Shown piece by piece: positions 1 through 13,000 of a DNA stretch of 64,000 nucleotides. The notes beneath the pieces are model-generated. The model searched no databases. It worked only from the letters and a program-made list of their open reading frames with translations, and was not told the origin of the DNA. The stretch is taken from the NCBI GenBank assembly GCA_001643675.2, contig LSRY02000012.1, positions 62,001 through 126,000 on the forward strand. The letters run 5' to 3'. Position numbers and translations under genes: made by a program. Origin of the DNA: Monocercomonoides exilis PA203 (lineage: Eukaryota > Protista > Preaxostyla). The first letter of the stretch is position 1. Every line of letters begins with the position of its first letter.

Positions 1-3000
1 AGGAAAAGAGGGAGAAAGTGCTGGAGGAAAGGAAAAGAAGAAGTTTGGTGAAAGGGAAGGCGAAGAGGTGGAGATGGGTCTGCTGAGTGAAATGACAGAC
101 TACAGCGACGAGGGAATGACAGTGTCTGTGTCAATGGCATTTGGAGGAGGAGAAGGAGGAGGAGGAGGACAAGGAGGAGGAAGAGGGCTGATGGGCAGTT
201 TGGGAGAAGACGAAACTCCACTTTTGTATGACGAGGACGAAGATGATTTGGGGAAGCCTTTACGATTGAAAGAAAAGAGATTGGCTGGAAATCAGATGGA
301 AGAAGAAGAAAACAACGAAGAAGATGAAGAAGAAGACGATTTTGTGTCACGAAGAAGAAGAGAAGAAGAAGAAGAAGACGAAAATGAGGGAATTTTGGGA
401 GATCAAAACTTTGACGACGAAGATTCTGTAGATGATGATGGAGAAGGACTCAGCAATTTCGGTAGAGAAAATGCCATGTTGCAGGGAAGAAAACAAAAAG
501 GAAGACAACAAGAAGTTCCATCTGTGCAGGAAAAGAAAAAGAAAAAGAAGAAGAAAAATGAAAAAGCAGAATATTCTGAGAAAGCGAAAGGGATTTCACA
601 CGAAGGAGTGGGCAGTCAGCTGATGAAGCTCAATCCATCTGGCTTTATGACAGCATATCAGTCACCCTGGCTACTCAGAACGCCTTCATCCTCAGACTCG
701 CTGAGGATGTCTGCGCCTTCTTCGATTCTTGCCCCTTCTGCCTCTCAGGCAACAATCGACTTCTCAACCGATCTTCAGCGTCTGGTTGTGCTGGAAACAT
801 TGTTTGCAAGTCCCGACGACGAAGACATTCGAGCCCATTCATTCAATACTTTCTGCTTTTCGATCCAGAGACGCATTTCCGCACTGAAAGAGCTGAGCGG
901 AGTACTTATTCTTCTGCTTTACTCGATCCCTAGCGAGACACAACCACCTGCATCGACAATACACCCAACCCTTCTGCCGTTCTTTGGCTATGCCCGTTCA
1001 ATGCGACTGATGCGAGAAGAAGTCTGCCGATCGTTTTTGGCATTTCTCCACCAGCAGTTCCTCTCCATCGTCTCGTTGCTGTCTCAAATAGCAACAACTG
1101 CACCATACACAGGACTAACCCAATCAACCAGGCTATCTCCTTCACTCCGTCCTATCCACACTCTTTCTCTGCACAGCGAGCGACTACAGGAAAGTGCATT
1201 GAACTGCATCTCTTTTCTGACTCAGATTATTGCACTTTCCTTTGGAGAACCATCTGCCCCTGGAACAACATTTATTCCACAGCCCTCGCGTCTGTCTGAC
1301 GATGAGGATGAATGGGGAATGCAGCAGCGAATGCAAGACGACGACGACCAGGACGATGATTTTGACAGTGACACTTGGATCATCACGCGTGCAGAGGTGC
1401 AGCTGACTCTTTCTGTGCGCACAACAGCTGAATGCTTGTGGAAGCAGCTAAATTTGTCAAACATCCTAAGCACAAAGGCAGCTGATGCTGGTAATTGCGA
1501 AGTTACGCCTTCTCATCTCCATCAGATTCCATCTTTTGCACAGACTGCTTCATTACCTCGCTTCATGGCTGCTGCCTCTGTCGCCTCGACTTTTCTTCTT
1601 TCGGGCGCATTCTCGTTCGGTGCCACAGCCGAGCACATTTTTGACTTGCTCATTGCACCTGCATTCCACGTTCCGTCCAACTTCGACCTGTCCATTTTTG
1701 CAGGAGAATTCAAATGGCACGCAATGACATCGCTGGCACAGCAGCTATTTGGAGATCTTGTTGTTGCAGGTGATCCTCATCTTGCGGGAGACACATCTGC
1801 CTGCCTTTCTGTCTCTCTTTGTTCGTCGCTGTGTGCTCTTCTCTTTCGGTTGGTGCGAAGTCTTGCTCTTCTTTCGCTGGCTGCCTTTTGCACAGACAAC
1901 ACACCTCTCCGCAGAGATGCGCCATCAACTCCATTCAACCAGTGGATCCGAAGAATGAAGCGAACGAAGAAAGAGCTTCGCACTTTTCTGACGCCACATC
2001 TTCCCGTTTTTGTTACGATATTCCGCACAATTGTGGCACTTGCACCGTATTTGTCAGCTGCACCTCCGTTGCCTTCTCACATCAAGCAAACAAGAGGCCG
2101 CTCTTCAAATGAGATCTTTTCTCACTCGCGATCACAGCCAGCTAGCAGCCAGAGCTCAAAGCAACAGGACGACTCAACATCCAGTTCAGACTCATCGACA
2201 GAACAATCAACTCAATCAAGCACAGAAATTGTGGATGATCTTGTTACGAGATCAACCTTTTTCAATCCTCACAAACTTGTCAAAGAGCAGAACGGACTAA
2301 CAGTTTTGGCAAGTTGTGTGCTTTCCTTCCTGACTGGGTGCCCAATTGATGTTGCTGCTCCGATGAAGCCATCCATGTCGTCTTATGAGTTCTTGTCAGT
2401 CTCTTCGTATTTGGATGCAGACACAGGATCTGAAGACAGCAGACCAGCACTTCGTCTTCCTCTGACTCGTCTGCTCACACTCACAAAAACAGCACAGGAC
2501 GAGTTGAGAACAGCCATTCTTCTCAGCAGTGTTGTTCTTGCTTCGTTTGTCCAGCAGATTCAAAATCAAAAGAAACTTAAACCAAAATCTGATGTTCGAA
2601 TGACATTCTCTGACGGTATCGGCACTGACTCACTGGATGAAGGAAATGTTGGGCGCCTTATCCACCAAAAGCCCGAGCTTCCCGCCATTCAGCTCGATTT
2701 GGCATCACAGTTGGAGATTGTTCGAGTGCTGACACATTTCTCACAAATGGCACTTTCTTCACCAAAGATTCTTCTGCCATCAGCTGCACTTTCAACAGGC
2801 TCACTTGGCCCAATCGATCTTTTGGCCACGTTCTCTCTTTTCGGAGTCAACAGTCCACTTTCTCAATCCTCTTTCAATCTCTCTTTGTCCAGCTTCTCAT
2901 TCTCCACTCTTTACTCCCACTTCCACAAATCTCTTCTTCCAAAACCTCCACCAGAACTCGATCCATCTCCATCCTCCATTTTTGAGGGTGAGTCACTTCC

Positions 3001-5887
3001 CCTTTCAATCCCAGTTTCGCAGCAGCTTTCTTATCTTGCTCTGATTGCACCAAACTGCGGATATCGCTCTGCCTTCACATCTTTGGCACTCAGCTCACAC
3101 TTCTCTCTGATCCGCTGTCAAGCATCGATGACTTACCCGACACTTCTCCTTTCAACACTCCCGTTCAACCTTCGATCACTGAGCAGCAACACTCTTCCAC
3201 CCAGTGCGTCTTCCTCTGCTTCTACTTCTTCCTCAACAACAGTCGCCCCACGCAACAACTTCGAAGTGATTCATGGACTACTCCAATCATATGTTGCTTT
3301 GAGTCGTACTTGCGATGCGCTGTTTCCTTCGCTGTCTCATTCGCTAGCTGAACATCCAGATTCTTCTGAAGTTGACATCGGTGATCCAACATATGTCATT
3401 TCTCTGCTAAGTTCAACTACTTTCCTGAAGGTGTTCATTGAGACAGCTGAGCTCACTGCAGTCAAGTTAACTGAAATATTTGATGCTTATCAGAGGCATC
3501 CAGGTCCTATCGAGCTGTTTGACGACAAAATACCTGCAACACGCACCACTGTTTTCAATCAATTTGATTCATTGGAGCTTTCAGTGCTGGTTAAGAGTCT
3601 TTTGGCTGGGCTGACTCCACTTACGCATCTGACAGAAAATGCACTCGATGTTGTGGTTGCTCTGTGCACTCCTTCTGAAAGAACAGTCTCTTATTCACCA
3701 ACAAACGCCCAGAAACCAATTCTGAAACCACCTGAAAAGCTGAAAGCAAACGAGCCGCGAGGACCGATGGATGTGGTGAGAGCAGTTTCTGTTTGCACAA
3801 GCTTTATTCTACTCCGAGATGTGGTCCTGCCTCTCCTCTTGTTTGCTATTCGTCTTGCCAATCTCCTTTGCGCACAGAAAAATGCATTGTTTTGGGTACA
3901 GAAAGAGAATTACATACCAATTGCATTACATAAGACGATTCTATCCTTTGCCACATTTATCATGCAACACGAAGAATGTTTCGAGAATTATGCCATCACC
4001 ACATTCAGCTCACTTGCAAGCACATACATTTACTCTCCTCTTAAAAGACCAGCAAAAGCCACAGATGCTACGCAACCATCATTTCCACCTCCTTTCACAA
4101 CTTTGTCTCAACTCATTTCTTTCGCTGGGCTTCCTCAAAATGCTCTCGATTCACTCACAAAGCCATGCTATTTTGAGGCAACAGCGCGTTGCTCTCACTT
4201 TGAAAAGGGAATACCTCGCTTCAGCTTCACCGAGGATGTGACAATTGATGGACTCCCAACACGGAACAGCATGCATCCCAAAGCAGACAGTACCATCGTC
4301 CGCCGTGTGTCTCAAGTGATTGCCTCGCTCTTCACCATCCACCGCTGCTCAACAATATACGTCAATCATTGCGTCAAATCGACCACAAACTCCGGGCGTC
4401 CGAAGCGTCTTTCTTTGAGTGAGCCTCTCGTTGCGAAGGAGGTTGTGCAGCTTCTCAGCAACACGCTGTCAATTTCACGGTGGATGCCAGATGGCGCACA
4501 TCTGCTGCCAATCGACCACCAAATGAAGTGCCAGTTCCGTGGTGTTCTTCTTTGCTACATCAGCCACTCATTCAGACTCGATGCAAGCACACTTTGCAGG
4601 CTGTGCCCGATGCACGATGTGATCACAAACCTTCCAACATGCCATATCACACTCGGACGCACACGTATTCAGCAAGCTCGGCTGAATGCAAGCAAATTCG
4701 ATTACTCTGAACCGAAGCTCCGAAATGAAAATATGACAACTACACTTGCAAGCGACATATTTAAAGAGGAACTTGATGTGAAAGGAAGGGTGCAGGAACA
4801 CATCACAGCAGAAGTGCTTTTGCTTACAGTGCTATGGACATTAGAAGGGATGTACCACACATACAGGGCACTCCCACTGATGATGCATCAAGTACTCAAA
4901 GAAGACGTTGATTTCATCCTCTTCTTTTCCACTTCAATGCTGATACCTTTGCTGAATGCTTTGACAGACTGTCCGCTCAGTCTTGTGACTCCAACGGTTG
5001 CCAACCTGATCGACAGAGTGATGACACTCGGAATGAACATTTTGTTTTACTTTTCTAATCTGCTGGTGCTGTTTGCTCAGGAAGTGCTTTCACCAAAGCC
5101 ACCTGCTATTTCTTCTGTGCATTCCATTAATTACACTGCCGATCTTCGCCGTGCAGGAATCCTCAAATCGCGCCCAGCAACAAGAGATGCATTCAGAGCA
5201 GAGAACAGACCACCGCGATCAGAAACACTTCTTGCTGCCAACGGACTAGTTGGATTATTTGCACTTGGTCTTGTTCATCTATGCTGCTTCATCTGCACTG
5301 CTGAAATGCCATCGTTTATGAACTCTAAACCAGATGTTGACGATTCCGTGTCCTGCTTAAGCGCCGTTCCCACGCCATTATGCCAGATTTCTGGCAGACC
5401 TCGTTTCCCTGCCGCATTAGTTTCGTGTGCTCAGGCATTTATCGTTGCCACTTGTGCTTTCTATGCCCCAGACGAGCATGTAATCCTCGAAGCACCACTG
5501 TGCATTGGATACAAAACATTCTTAAACGAACTTCTTCGAGAAGCACGGGCAGCAGAACAGAGAAAGAAGGAGAAAATCAGAGCGATAACAGAAGCAGAGC
5601 AGCAGAGAAAGAGAAGGATGGCACAGCCTTCCAGAAAATATGATAATTATACTGAGAGCACAGAAACGGAGTTTACCGAATCACCTTCATTCTTTGAGTC
5701 TTCTGTATCAGTCGATCAGCACACGTCAATATTAAACAATCCATCGACACAATACTCTGCCTCTAAATCTGCCCAGAAGCCAGCTGAAGAAGTTCGCCAT
5801 GTTCCGAAAAAGAAAAAGAAAAAGAAGGACAAGAAGAAAAGTTGGAACGACCAGCCCGATATTGAATTAGTTTTAAATTTTGATTAA
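1..5887 (+). CDS. Large hypothetical protein, 5'-truncated by the window (>1950 aa; acidic/Gly-rich N-part, helical core, Lys-rich C-terminus)
   Basis: The frame of ORF 68..5887 is open back to position 2, so the true start lies upstream. It is uninterrupted for 5.9 kb, and AT-rich sequence starts right after the TAA. No domain recognised. Confidence 0.8.
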   Translation, partial: GKEGESAGGKEKKKFGEREGEEVEMGLLSEMTDYSDEGMTVSVSMAFGGGEGGGGGQGGGRGLMGSLGEDETPLLYDEDEDDLGKPLRLKEKRLAGNQMEEEENNEEDEEEDDFVSRRRREEEEEDENEGILGDQNFDDEDSVDDDGEGLSNFGRENAMLQGRKQKGRQQEVPSVQEKKKKKKKKNEKAEYSEKAKGISHEGVGSQLMKLNPSGFMTAYQSPWLLRTPSSSDSLRMSAPSSILAPSASQATIDFSTDLQRLVVLETLFASPDDEDIRAHSFNTFCFSIQRRISALKELSGVLILLLYSIPSETQPPASTIHPTLLPFFGYARSMRLMREEVCRSFLAFLHQQFLSIVSLLSQIATTAPYTGLTQSTRLSPSLRPIHTLSLHSERLQESALNCISFLTQIIALSFGEPSAPGTTFIPQPSRLSDDEDEWGMQQRMQDDDDQDDDFDSDTWIITRAEVQLTLSVRTTAECLWKQLNLSNILSTKAADAGNCEVTPSHLHQIPSFAQTASLPRFMAAASVASTFLLSGAFSFGATAEHIFDLLIAPAFHVPSNFDLSIFAGEFKWHAMTSLAQQLFGDLVVAGDPHLAGDTSACLSVSLCSSLCALLFRLVRSLALLSLAAFCTDNTPLRRDAPSTPFNQWIRRMKRTKKELRTFLTPHLPVFVTIFRTIVALAPYLSAAPPLPSHIKQTRGRSSNEIFSHSRSQPASSQSSKQQDDSTSSSDSSTEQSTQSSTEIVDDLVTRSTFFNPHKLVKEQNGLTVLASCVLSFLTGCPIDVAAPMKPSMSSYEFLSVSSYLDADTGSEDSRPALRLPLTRLLTLTKTAQDELRTAILLSSVVLASFVQQIQNQKKLKPKSDVRMTFSDGIGTDSLDEGNVGRLIHQKPELPAIQLDLASQLEIVRVLTHFSQMALSSPKILLPSAALSTGSLGPIDLLATFSLFGVNSPLSQSSFNLSLSSFSFSTLYSHFHKSLLPKPPPELDPSPSSIFEGESLPLSIPVSQQLSYLALIAPNCGYRSAFTSLALSSHFSLIRCQASMTYPTLLLSTLPFNLRSLSSNTLPPSASSSASTSSSTTVAPRNNFEVIHGLLQSYVALSRTCDALFPSLSHSLAEHPDSSEVDIGDPTYVISLLSSTTFLKVFIETAELTAVKLTEIFDAYQRHPGPIELFDDKIPATRTTVFNQFDSLELSVLVKSLLAGLTPLTHLTENALDVVVALCTPSERTVSYSPTNAQKPILKPPEKLKANEPRGPMDVVRAVSVCTSFILLRDVVLPLLLFAIRLANLLCAQKNALFWVQKENYIPIALHKTILSFATFIMQHEECFENYAITTFSSLASTYIYSPLKRPAKATDATQPSFPPPFTTLSQLISFAGLPQNALDSLTKPCYFEATARCSHFEKGIPRFSFTEDVTIDGLPTRNSMHPKADSTIVRRVSQVIASLFTIHRCSTIYVNHCVKSTTNSGRPKRLSLSEPLVAKEVVQLLSNTLSISRWMPDGAHLLPIDHQMKCQFRGVLLCYISHSFRLDASTLCRLCPMHDVITNLPTCHITLGRTRIQQARLNASKFDYSEPKLRNENMTTTLASDIFKEELDVKGRVQEHITAEVLLLTVLWTLEGMYHTYRALPLMMHQVLKEDVDFILFFSTSMLIPLLNALTDCPLSLVTPTVANLIDRVMTLGMNILFYFSNLLVLFAQEVLSPKPPAISSVHSINYTADLRRAGILKSRPATRDAFRAENRPPRSETLLAANGLVGLFALGLVHLCCFICTAEMPSFMNSKPDVDDSVSCLSAVPTPLCQISGRPRFPAALVSCAQAFIVATCAFYAPDEHVILEAPLCIGYKTFLNELLREARAAEQRKKEKIRAITEAEQQRKRRMAQPSRKYDNYTESTETEFTESPSFFESSVSVDQHTSILNNPSTQYSASKSAQKPAEEVRHVPKKKKKKKDKKKSWNDQPDIELVLNFD

Positions 5888-6106
5888 TTTTTTAATTTGT
5901 GGATTGTAAGTTTAGTGTTTTATCTCATATTAAATTTTTGTTTTTCTTTTTACAAAATTTGTAGATTTTTCTTTTATGTAATAATTCAATATATGTTCAT
6001 AACGTAGAAATAAAGTTAAGAAAAGAAAAAGCTCTCTAAAATGCAGCGTAGAAAATTGAAATGATCCAAAATAATTGTAAAAAAAAACAGTCAAATGTAC
6101 TCAACA

Positions 6107-6890
6107 CTACTCCGCATTTGCAACAGATTGAAGTTGATCACGTATTTTCCCCAAACCTTCCAACATAGCTTGAAGAGTCTCTCGTCCCATCTCAAATTCC
6201 ACAAAATCAGAAGAAGAAGGATCTTCCATTTTTTCAACTTGTATTTTAACCATAGCGGTTGGAGCTGTGACTGATGTGGTTCCGGTGTGGCTTGCTTTTA
6301 GATGAATACTATAAAAACAAATAACGACAATAGCATAATCACAATGAAAACAATTTTGAAAATAATAAGAAAACGAACTTCCAATCAAGGCTTTGAAAGC
6401 GAGGAAGTGAGAGTTGATTGCTAAGGGTTGCTTCGCTCCATTCAGTGTAATTCAATGAAAGAATTGTTGAGAGAAGAGTTCGAAGTTGTGGATGAAATTC
6501 CGTTGGGAAAAGTCCAGCAATAGATTCAACTGTAGATAGCTGATAAAACAACACCATTCTTATCAAGGAAGTTATTGCGGATAAAAGCTTAAAATTTCAA
6601 AACAAATAAATTTTTAATTAAAAAAGAATATCAAATTTTCAACATTTAGAAATTTGACAAATATTAATAATTAATTTAATAAAGATAATTAAAATTTATT
6701 TCGCGCAGCACACAGAGGAAACAGCATCTTCAGTTAGTTTGAGTGTCTCTTTGTAAGCGCGAATTTGTTCCCGAGGAAACTCTTGGAGACGATACTGAAA
6801 ACACTTTTCAATGATGTCCTCTGCGAGAGAACGCTTGTCGCACTTTAAAAGATGATATAGAGACGGAAAATCTATTGGTGTTGGCTGCAT
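6107..6890 (-). CDS. COMMD9: COMM domain-containing protein 9 (CCC/Commander complex), 3 exons
   Basis: Introns 6588-6713 (GTGTGC..AAG) and 6309-6378 (GTTCGT..TAG). The spliced product has LFPTEFHPQLRTLL..NQLSLPRFQSLDWNIHLK..ETLQAMLEGLGKIRDQLQSVA, closely matching recalled COMMD9 motifs (LFPENFHQNLKNLL, ISLPRLVDLDW, ETLDTMLDGLGRIRDQLSAVA). Confidence 0.9.
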
Positions 6891-7038
6891 GCGTTCTATA
6901 AAGGGTGAAGAAAGTATACTTGTGGTAAGTTGATCAAACTTTTTTTTTAAATATACATAGATAATTTCAAATTAAGAATTGAAATGCAATGATACAATAA
7001 AAAAAATAAAGTGAAAATAGTAAATACAAAAATAATAG

Positions 7039-10000
7039 TTAATTATTATTTTTCAAAAACTCTGTGAAAATCTCAATGATCCATCCACATCTTTGATTTT
7101 CTTTTAATGAGCAGCCAATTGATGGATCATTTATTATAGATAAAATTGGATTAGTACGTGTCGATTTTTTGCAATTGTTCACCGTTTTCAAAAATTGTTC
7201 TTGCGCAAAAGGTGAATGCTTCAGCAACCCAAACATTATTTCGTAGTTGGATTCAAAAAATGGTGTAACATCAACGAACCAATTTGCTAATGTTTGAATC
7301 AAAAGTTGAATAAACGAAGCAGACAATGGGGAGGAAACAATGGAGTAGGACAAAGAAGCCGTGTCTGGGGGAGGTGGCTTCGATATTCTTTTGATTAACG
7401 AGAGAATAGAATCAAAGCAAAGTGGTGTTAGCTCTCTTTCTCTGCAAGCATATCGATAGAGAACAAGCAACGCAGAACGAATTGCACAACCGCTCGCTCC
7501 AAATTTTTGATGGAAGACATCAACAGCTGTGACGGACGATGACTGAGAATACACATGTGATTGTAACTTGATGTCTGCCATTAAATCCATTAGACACTTC
7601 GGCAAATTTAACTTGCCAACACATTTTGGCAGATAATTATGCGAAACAGGGAGCAAAAGAGAAATACGATTTTGCTGAGAGATGGAAAGCGTAGAAAACA
7701 CGCAGTTTATCAAAGCTTCTGCAAGTGCTGGATGAGAATACGAAAGCACAATTGGAAGGAAATTAGAAGAAAATTGAGAAATTGCATTCTCTTTTGACTG
7801 AGGCAGAAGAGCTGTTTGAGCATCCGACAAAGAAGGAGATAGGAAAGAAGTGTGAGATACACTCAACTTTTTGTTATTAACACAAAGCAGAAGTGGAGAA
7901 ATGATAGGCAAAAGCTTCTGATTGCGAAGAAACAGAGGAGCGAATCCGTTGAACGATTCGTCGAATTGTCTGAAAATGAGACAGGAGAGCGAATATTCAA
8001 AGAGGAAGAGAAGAGACTGAGACGTTTCAAACAGATCAGAATAGAAGTTGATGGCTGACTGATGATGATGGGTGTGAAGAAGTGAGAGAAGAAAGGCAAA
8101 AAGTGGATTGCTTATTTCAGGGGTAAATAAGGAAAGCGGCTGTGGAAGCGATGCTGATGCAGATGAAGATGAAGGATCAGAAGTCGAAGAAGACAAATGT
8201 TTAGTGAATTTTCCAAGAAGAGGAGGAAAAGGCACAAAATAATTGAGTTGATCGCAGATGGTTTTATCGTTGGATACTAAAAACAAAGCCAGTTTATGTG
8301 ATTGCCGAGATGTTAGAGTTGGTATGTCATACGAAGAATAAGAAGAATCTTTATGCATTTTTGATTCTGAAGAAGATGACGATGACGATGAAGATGAAGA
8401 TGATGGTAATTCTGAGAACTCGTTTATTTCATCAAATCCATAATTCAGAAGCAAAGAGAGAAAATGCATGACCTTTTCGTCGTCTTCGTCCAATTTGCCA
8501 TCTTCATTTTTGTGAGTCTCAATCCACAACGGAACAAGATAAGCTCTTTGCTGATTGGGGGAAGTCTGTGCAACAGTCAACACCACATTTGAAGAAGAAG
8601 AAGAAGTAGAAGATGATGATGAATAAGATTTCTTATCTTCTTCTATTTTTTCATTCTCTCCTTTCTTTTCTTTCTGAGAGTGTTCTTTTAGTATTAATTT
8701 TGAAGATGAATTTGGAGGAAAATTCGATTGCTGAGTAAACTCATCTGGAGCATCTTTCACATTCGGCTGGGATGACAAATGATTTGAGGTGGAAGAAGGA
8801 GAACAGGTTGAAGGTTGATTGACTTCTTTATTTTGAGCAGTTGATGCATTTGTTGCTGCAATTTCATTGTCCTTTGCGATTGGTATTGGAATTGTTCTTT
8901 CTCCGCAATCACAACCCAGACACGATGTGACGCTCACAAACATCTCTTTAATCGAGTCCTTCAGATCGTTCCTTTCGGGATATGCTGCAGAAGGAGGCAA
9001 AAATCTGACATCAGCAAGGAGGTTCACAAACCTGGCGAGTAAAGGCGAAAGCTGAATGAAAGGCGAAGCTGCTGAAAAAATAGAAGGAATCAAATTGGAA
9101 TTCAATTCAAATTCTTCTTCTTTCTCTTTTTCTTTGCAATCCAAACATTCAATGCTCTGTTCTGGCTGATCTTCAAACACTTGTATCCAATTTATTCCCT
9201 CAAAGAACACTTCACAGACATCCTTTCCCATCCAACCAGCAAACAGATGCTCATTTTTTCTGTGCTCTTTTGCCAGCTCAAAAATAACAGTTAGGTTTTT
9301 GGTGATTTCTGTCAAGGCATATTGCCTCTGCTTGAAGATTCTTAGCAAATCGCCTTTGTTAATTTTGTCACTTGGGCTGTCTCTCACATTTTGTGAATTT
9401 GCAGCCATGCACTCGTTGTTCAGAAAGCAGAAGAACTCGAGGAGAGAAAGCGATGGGCGGAAAGAATAAAGAGCATCAAACGAAAACTCGACTGGGTCAT
9501 TTTGCGAAGACGATAATCCGTGCCATCCGAAGAGAGGCGCTGCAGCTGCATCCAACGAACACTTCACTCGACTCTCCCATTTTGGCAGCGGAACAAACAA
9601 TTTTGCTGGATTCTCTTCGGCTTTGCTGCCTTTTGGCTTTTGTGTGATTCTTGCCATCATTCTGTTCTGCTGGATCTGAATCCACGACCGCAGCAGCATC
9701 TCCTCCATCAGCAGCGCATCAATCGCTTCGAGGACAGCTGCACCCAAAAGATGATGCGTTCGCAGAAGCACAGTGACAGGCATTTGCAGAGCAGGATTGA
9801 CCACCAAAAAGGAATACGGACGAGCCACAGCTGAAGAAGAGAAAGAGGTTGAAAATGAATACGATGAGCTCATCGGCACTTTTTCTTTATAAGCAAACTG
9901 AGTGACAACACGTGGAAGTGGAAATGCAGATGAAGAGGATGTTGATTGAAGACATGGAACAGGAAATGATTCGGAAAGAAACGGTGAAGAAATAAAACTG

Positions 10001-13000
10001 CCACAAGCAGTTATTGACGATCTGGGATTTTGATATTCAAAAGCAGGAGGAGAAGGAGAAAGAAGAGGATCTGAGTGCCATTTGACGAGATAATCAATCA
10101 GAGAAATCCACGAAGATGCAGCAACAACAAAAGGCAAAGAATGGAACGGGTTTTCTTTTCCTGCTAAATGCTTTGGAGGAGGCGCCATGAAAAGAAAGCA
10201 CTCTAAGCTATCAATACAGAATGAACAGTCAACAATTCCAGTGAAACAATTCGCTAATTTCTGCTTTGCCTGCTGCGTCCTTTCGTACGAATATTGAGGT
10301 GCCCCACAGTTGTATTTGTCTAATTCATTTTCAGTCGATCCAACCATTCTTTCATTCTGAGCATCAGAACTTTCATTCAAATCGACCGATTCGTATTCCT
10401 CCCAACGCATTTTCATTCGAATTGGAATGCAAAATGGCTGTGTCATCGAAGTGAACGTTTTAACTTTCTGTTTTGTTTGTGTAAACTTAATGAGAGAGAA
10501 CATAGGAATGTTTTTGCTTTCAAGAGGTTTAGAAACTCTGAACGAAAAGGCTGCTGTTGCTGAAGAAGAAGTTGAAAACTGATTTGTCTGACGAGTTGTT
10601 TCTGCACTGCAAGTAATGCCTTCAAATGGATATGCCATCTGAACAATGAGGCCAAATGAATGCAACAAAAGCGCAGAAACAAGCAGAGCTTTTTGGGGCA
10701 AAGGCATCCAGCTGCACACATTCAACAGCGTTAAACTGCTTTCAGAACGAGATTGAGCTGCTGTTTTGTTGATGACAATGTTATGGAGACTTGCTCTGTA
10801 ATGAACAGATCCAACTTGATTCAAAATTGCAATTGAAAAAGGATCAAAATCTGCATCGCTGTTTTTGTCTGCAATATCCATCGCTTCGAGAATCAGTTGC
10901 AGCAGCTGATTGATAGAACACGGATAATCAGATGAATGCTCAATGTTTTTTTCACTGTTGCAATGCGCAACAAACAGCTGGTATCCAAAATCACAAACCA
11001 TCGAAATAAGAATCTTCAAGTTGCTGTAAATATTCGCAGATTTGAAGTTCTGATCAGGAAGACTTTTCAATGCAGAATGCAGCGTCTCGCAGAGAAACAA
11101 TAAAGAGATGGACTTCTTAAGCGAATGAGGAAGTGCAGAGAAAGAGGAATCATCAGGCAGCTCTGAACTTTTTGCAAAGTAGTCAGGAATATGAAGAGTA
11201 TCGAAAGACATCCAACTTTCTTGATGTAGTTCGACAAACGAACGGGCTTGCTTCACAGTCGAAAATGGCCAATTTAATTGCAAATCCGAATTGGTTTTGA
11301 ATTCAGATGGAGAAGAATTTGAAAGCTGGAAAGATGATGAAGATGATGAAGAAAGCGAGGAAAGCGAAGAAGAAAAGAGAGACGAGGAAAATGATTCATC
11401 CATAATAACAGAAACAAATGTCAGAGGAATCATAGAGAACTCATTTGTGATGTCATCAACAAACAGGAGAGGATGCGAGTCATGTGTTGTTGACGATAGC
11501 AGAAATTGTGAAGGTTTTACAAAGCAACTGGATGACTGGGTTGCAACAGAAGAAGAGGAAGGTTCTCTTGACTGCCATGATGATTGCAGAGATTGTTCTT
11601 TCTTATTTCTTTTCAATAAATACTGTGAAACTAATGTCGCATGCACAGAATCAGCAGCTTTAGCAATTGTTGATTGGTTCATATACCCAAAAATATGTGA
11701 CCGAGGAAGAGATCGGAGATATTTGGTCATTCCCCTTTGTCCCAATAAGCTCCAAATGCCTTCCATAACAGTGGAAGTTGTTGGGTAATTCAATGGAGAG
11801 TAAATACGTACACCGTTTGAGGGAAACGATGAGAAAGGAACAAATGAAAGTGAACTCGCATTACAATCTTCACTTTGCTCATTCTGAAGGTACATTCCAT
11901 TTGTTGCATCCGATTCATTTGCTGAAACAGAAGTTTCACCAATTACTTTAGTCTGCTTCTCGTTTTGAGTTTTGGATTTTTGCTGCAAATCCAAAAGGAT
12001 GCGATGACCTTTGGCAGCATTTGCGTTGAACGATCCATCTTTGTGCTGCCATTCAACCTCTTCCACAAAGTCTCTTTCGATGATCTGTCCGCACCATTCA
12101 TTTTTTGTATCAAATATTGAACGTCTCTCCTCAGATTCAAATGACATCGCATCACTTTCCAGTTGGCTGTATTCCCCATGTTTGCCTTTCTTCATTCTCA
12201 TTTCCTTTTCAAGAAAAAGCTTTCTCTTTGCCATCAAGCACTCCGACCGATTGGCGCCCTTCCACAAGAATTCTTCTTCTTCTGCCCAAGAAAAAAGCCC
12301 TCTTCTCCGTAAGTCACTTATCCACATCCAGCAATGATGCTCTCCTCCTCCCACTACATGTCTATCCTGAATGTTTCTGTCAATTCTTTTGCGAACATCC
12401 GGTTTATCACTCAAACATGATTCAGAATCTTTTCCAGCAATACATCTCTCCTTCGTTTTAGCAATTAATTCTTTATGTCCATGCTTCATAAGCCACTCAT
12501 CCACGCTTCCGTCAGTCTTTTCCTTTCTTCTCAGATCCAACGAAATAGTAATTCGCTCAATCAGTTTCGTCACTCCTTCGTTCAGCCACACACATCCAAG
12601 TCTCGACGCAGTGACGAGATTGCCGATGAATGAGTGAAAGAGCTCGTGGGTAGCAATCGCAGAGAGGAAATTCGACGTCCAATATTCTGCTTTTGTGAGA
12701 GGAAGCGCCACACACGAAAGTGGAAACACGACACAACCCCAATTTTCCATTCCTCCAAAATTGCTTTCAGGCAGCGCGAGAAAAGTCATCGCAGGAAGAG
12801 AGTAAGGAAGGGAGAAGAAAGTCTGAAAATTAGACAGCCAGCGAGCGAGAAGAAAAAGAAGCGATTGCAAATGGAGAAGATGAACCGATGGAGCCAAAGG
12901 CGATATAACACGACATAAAATGGATGAAGAATAATTAGAAGAGTATGAATTTGTTGAAGACAATCGTAATGAATCACTCGATGAATCAGATGAATTGCTT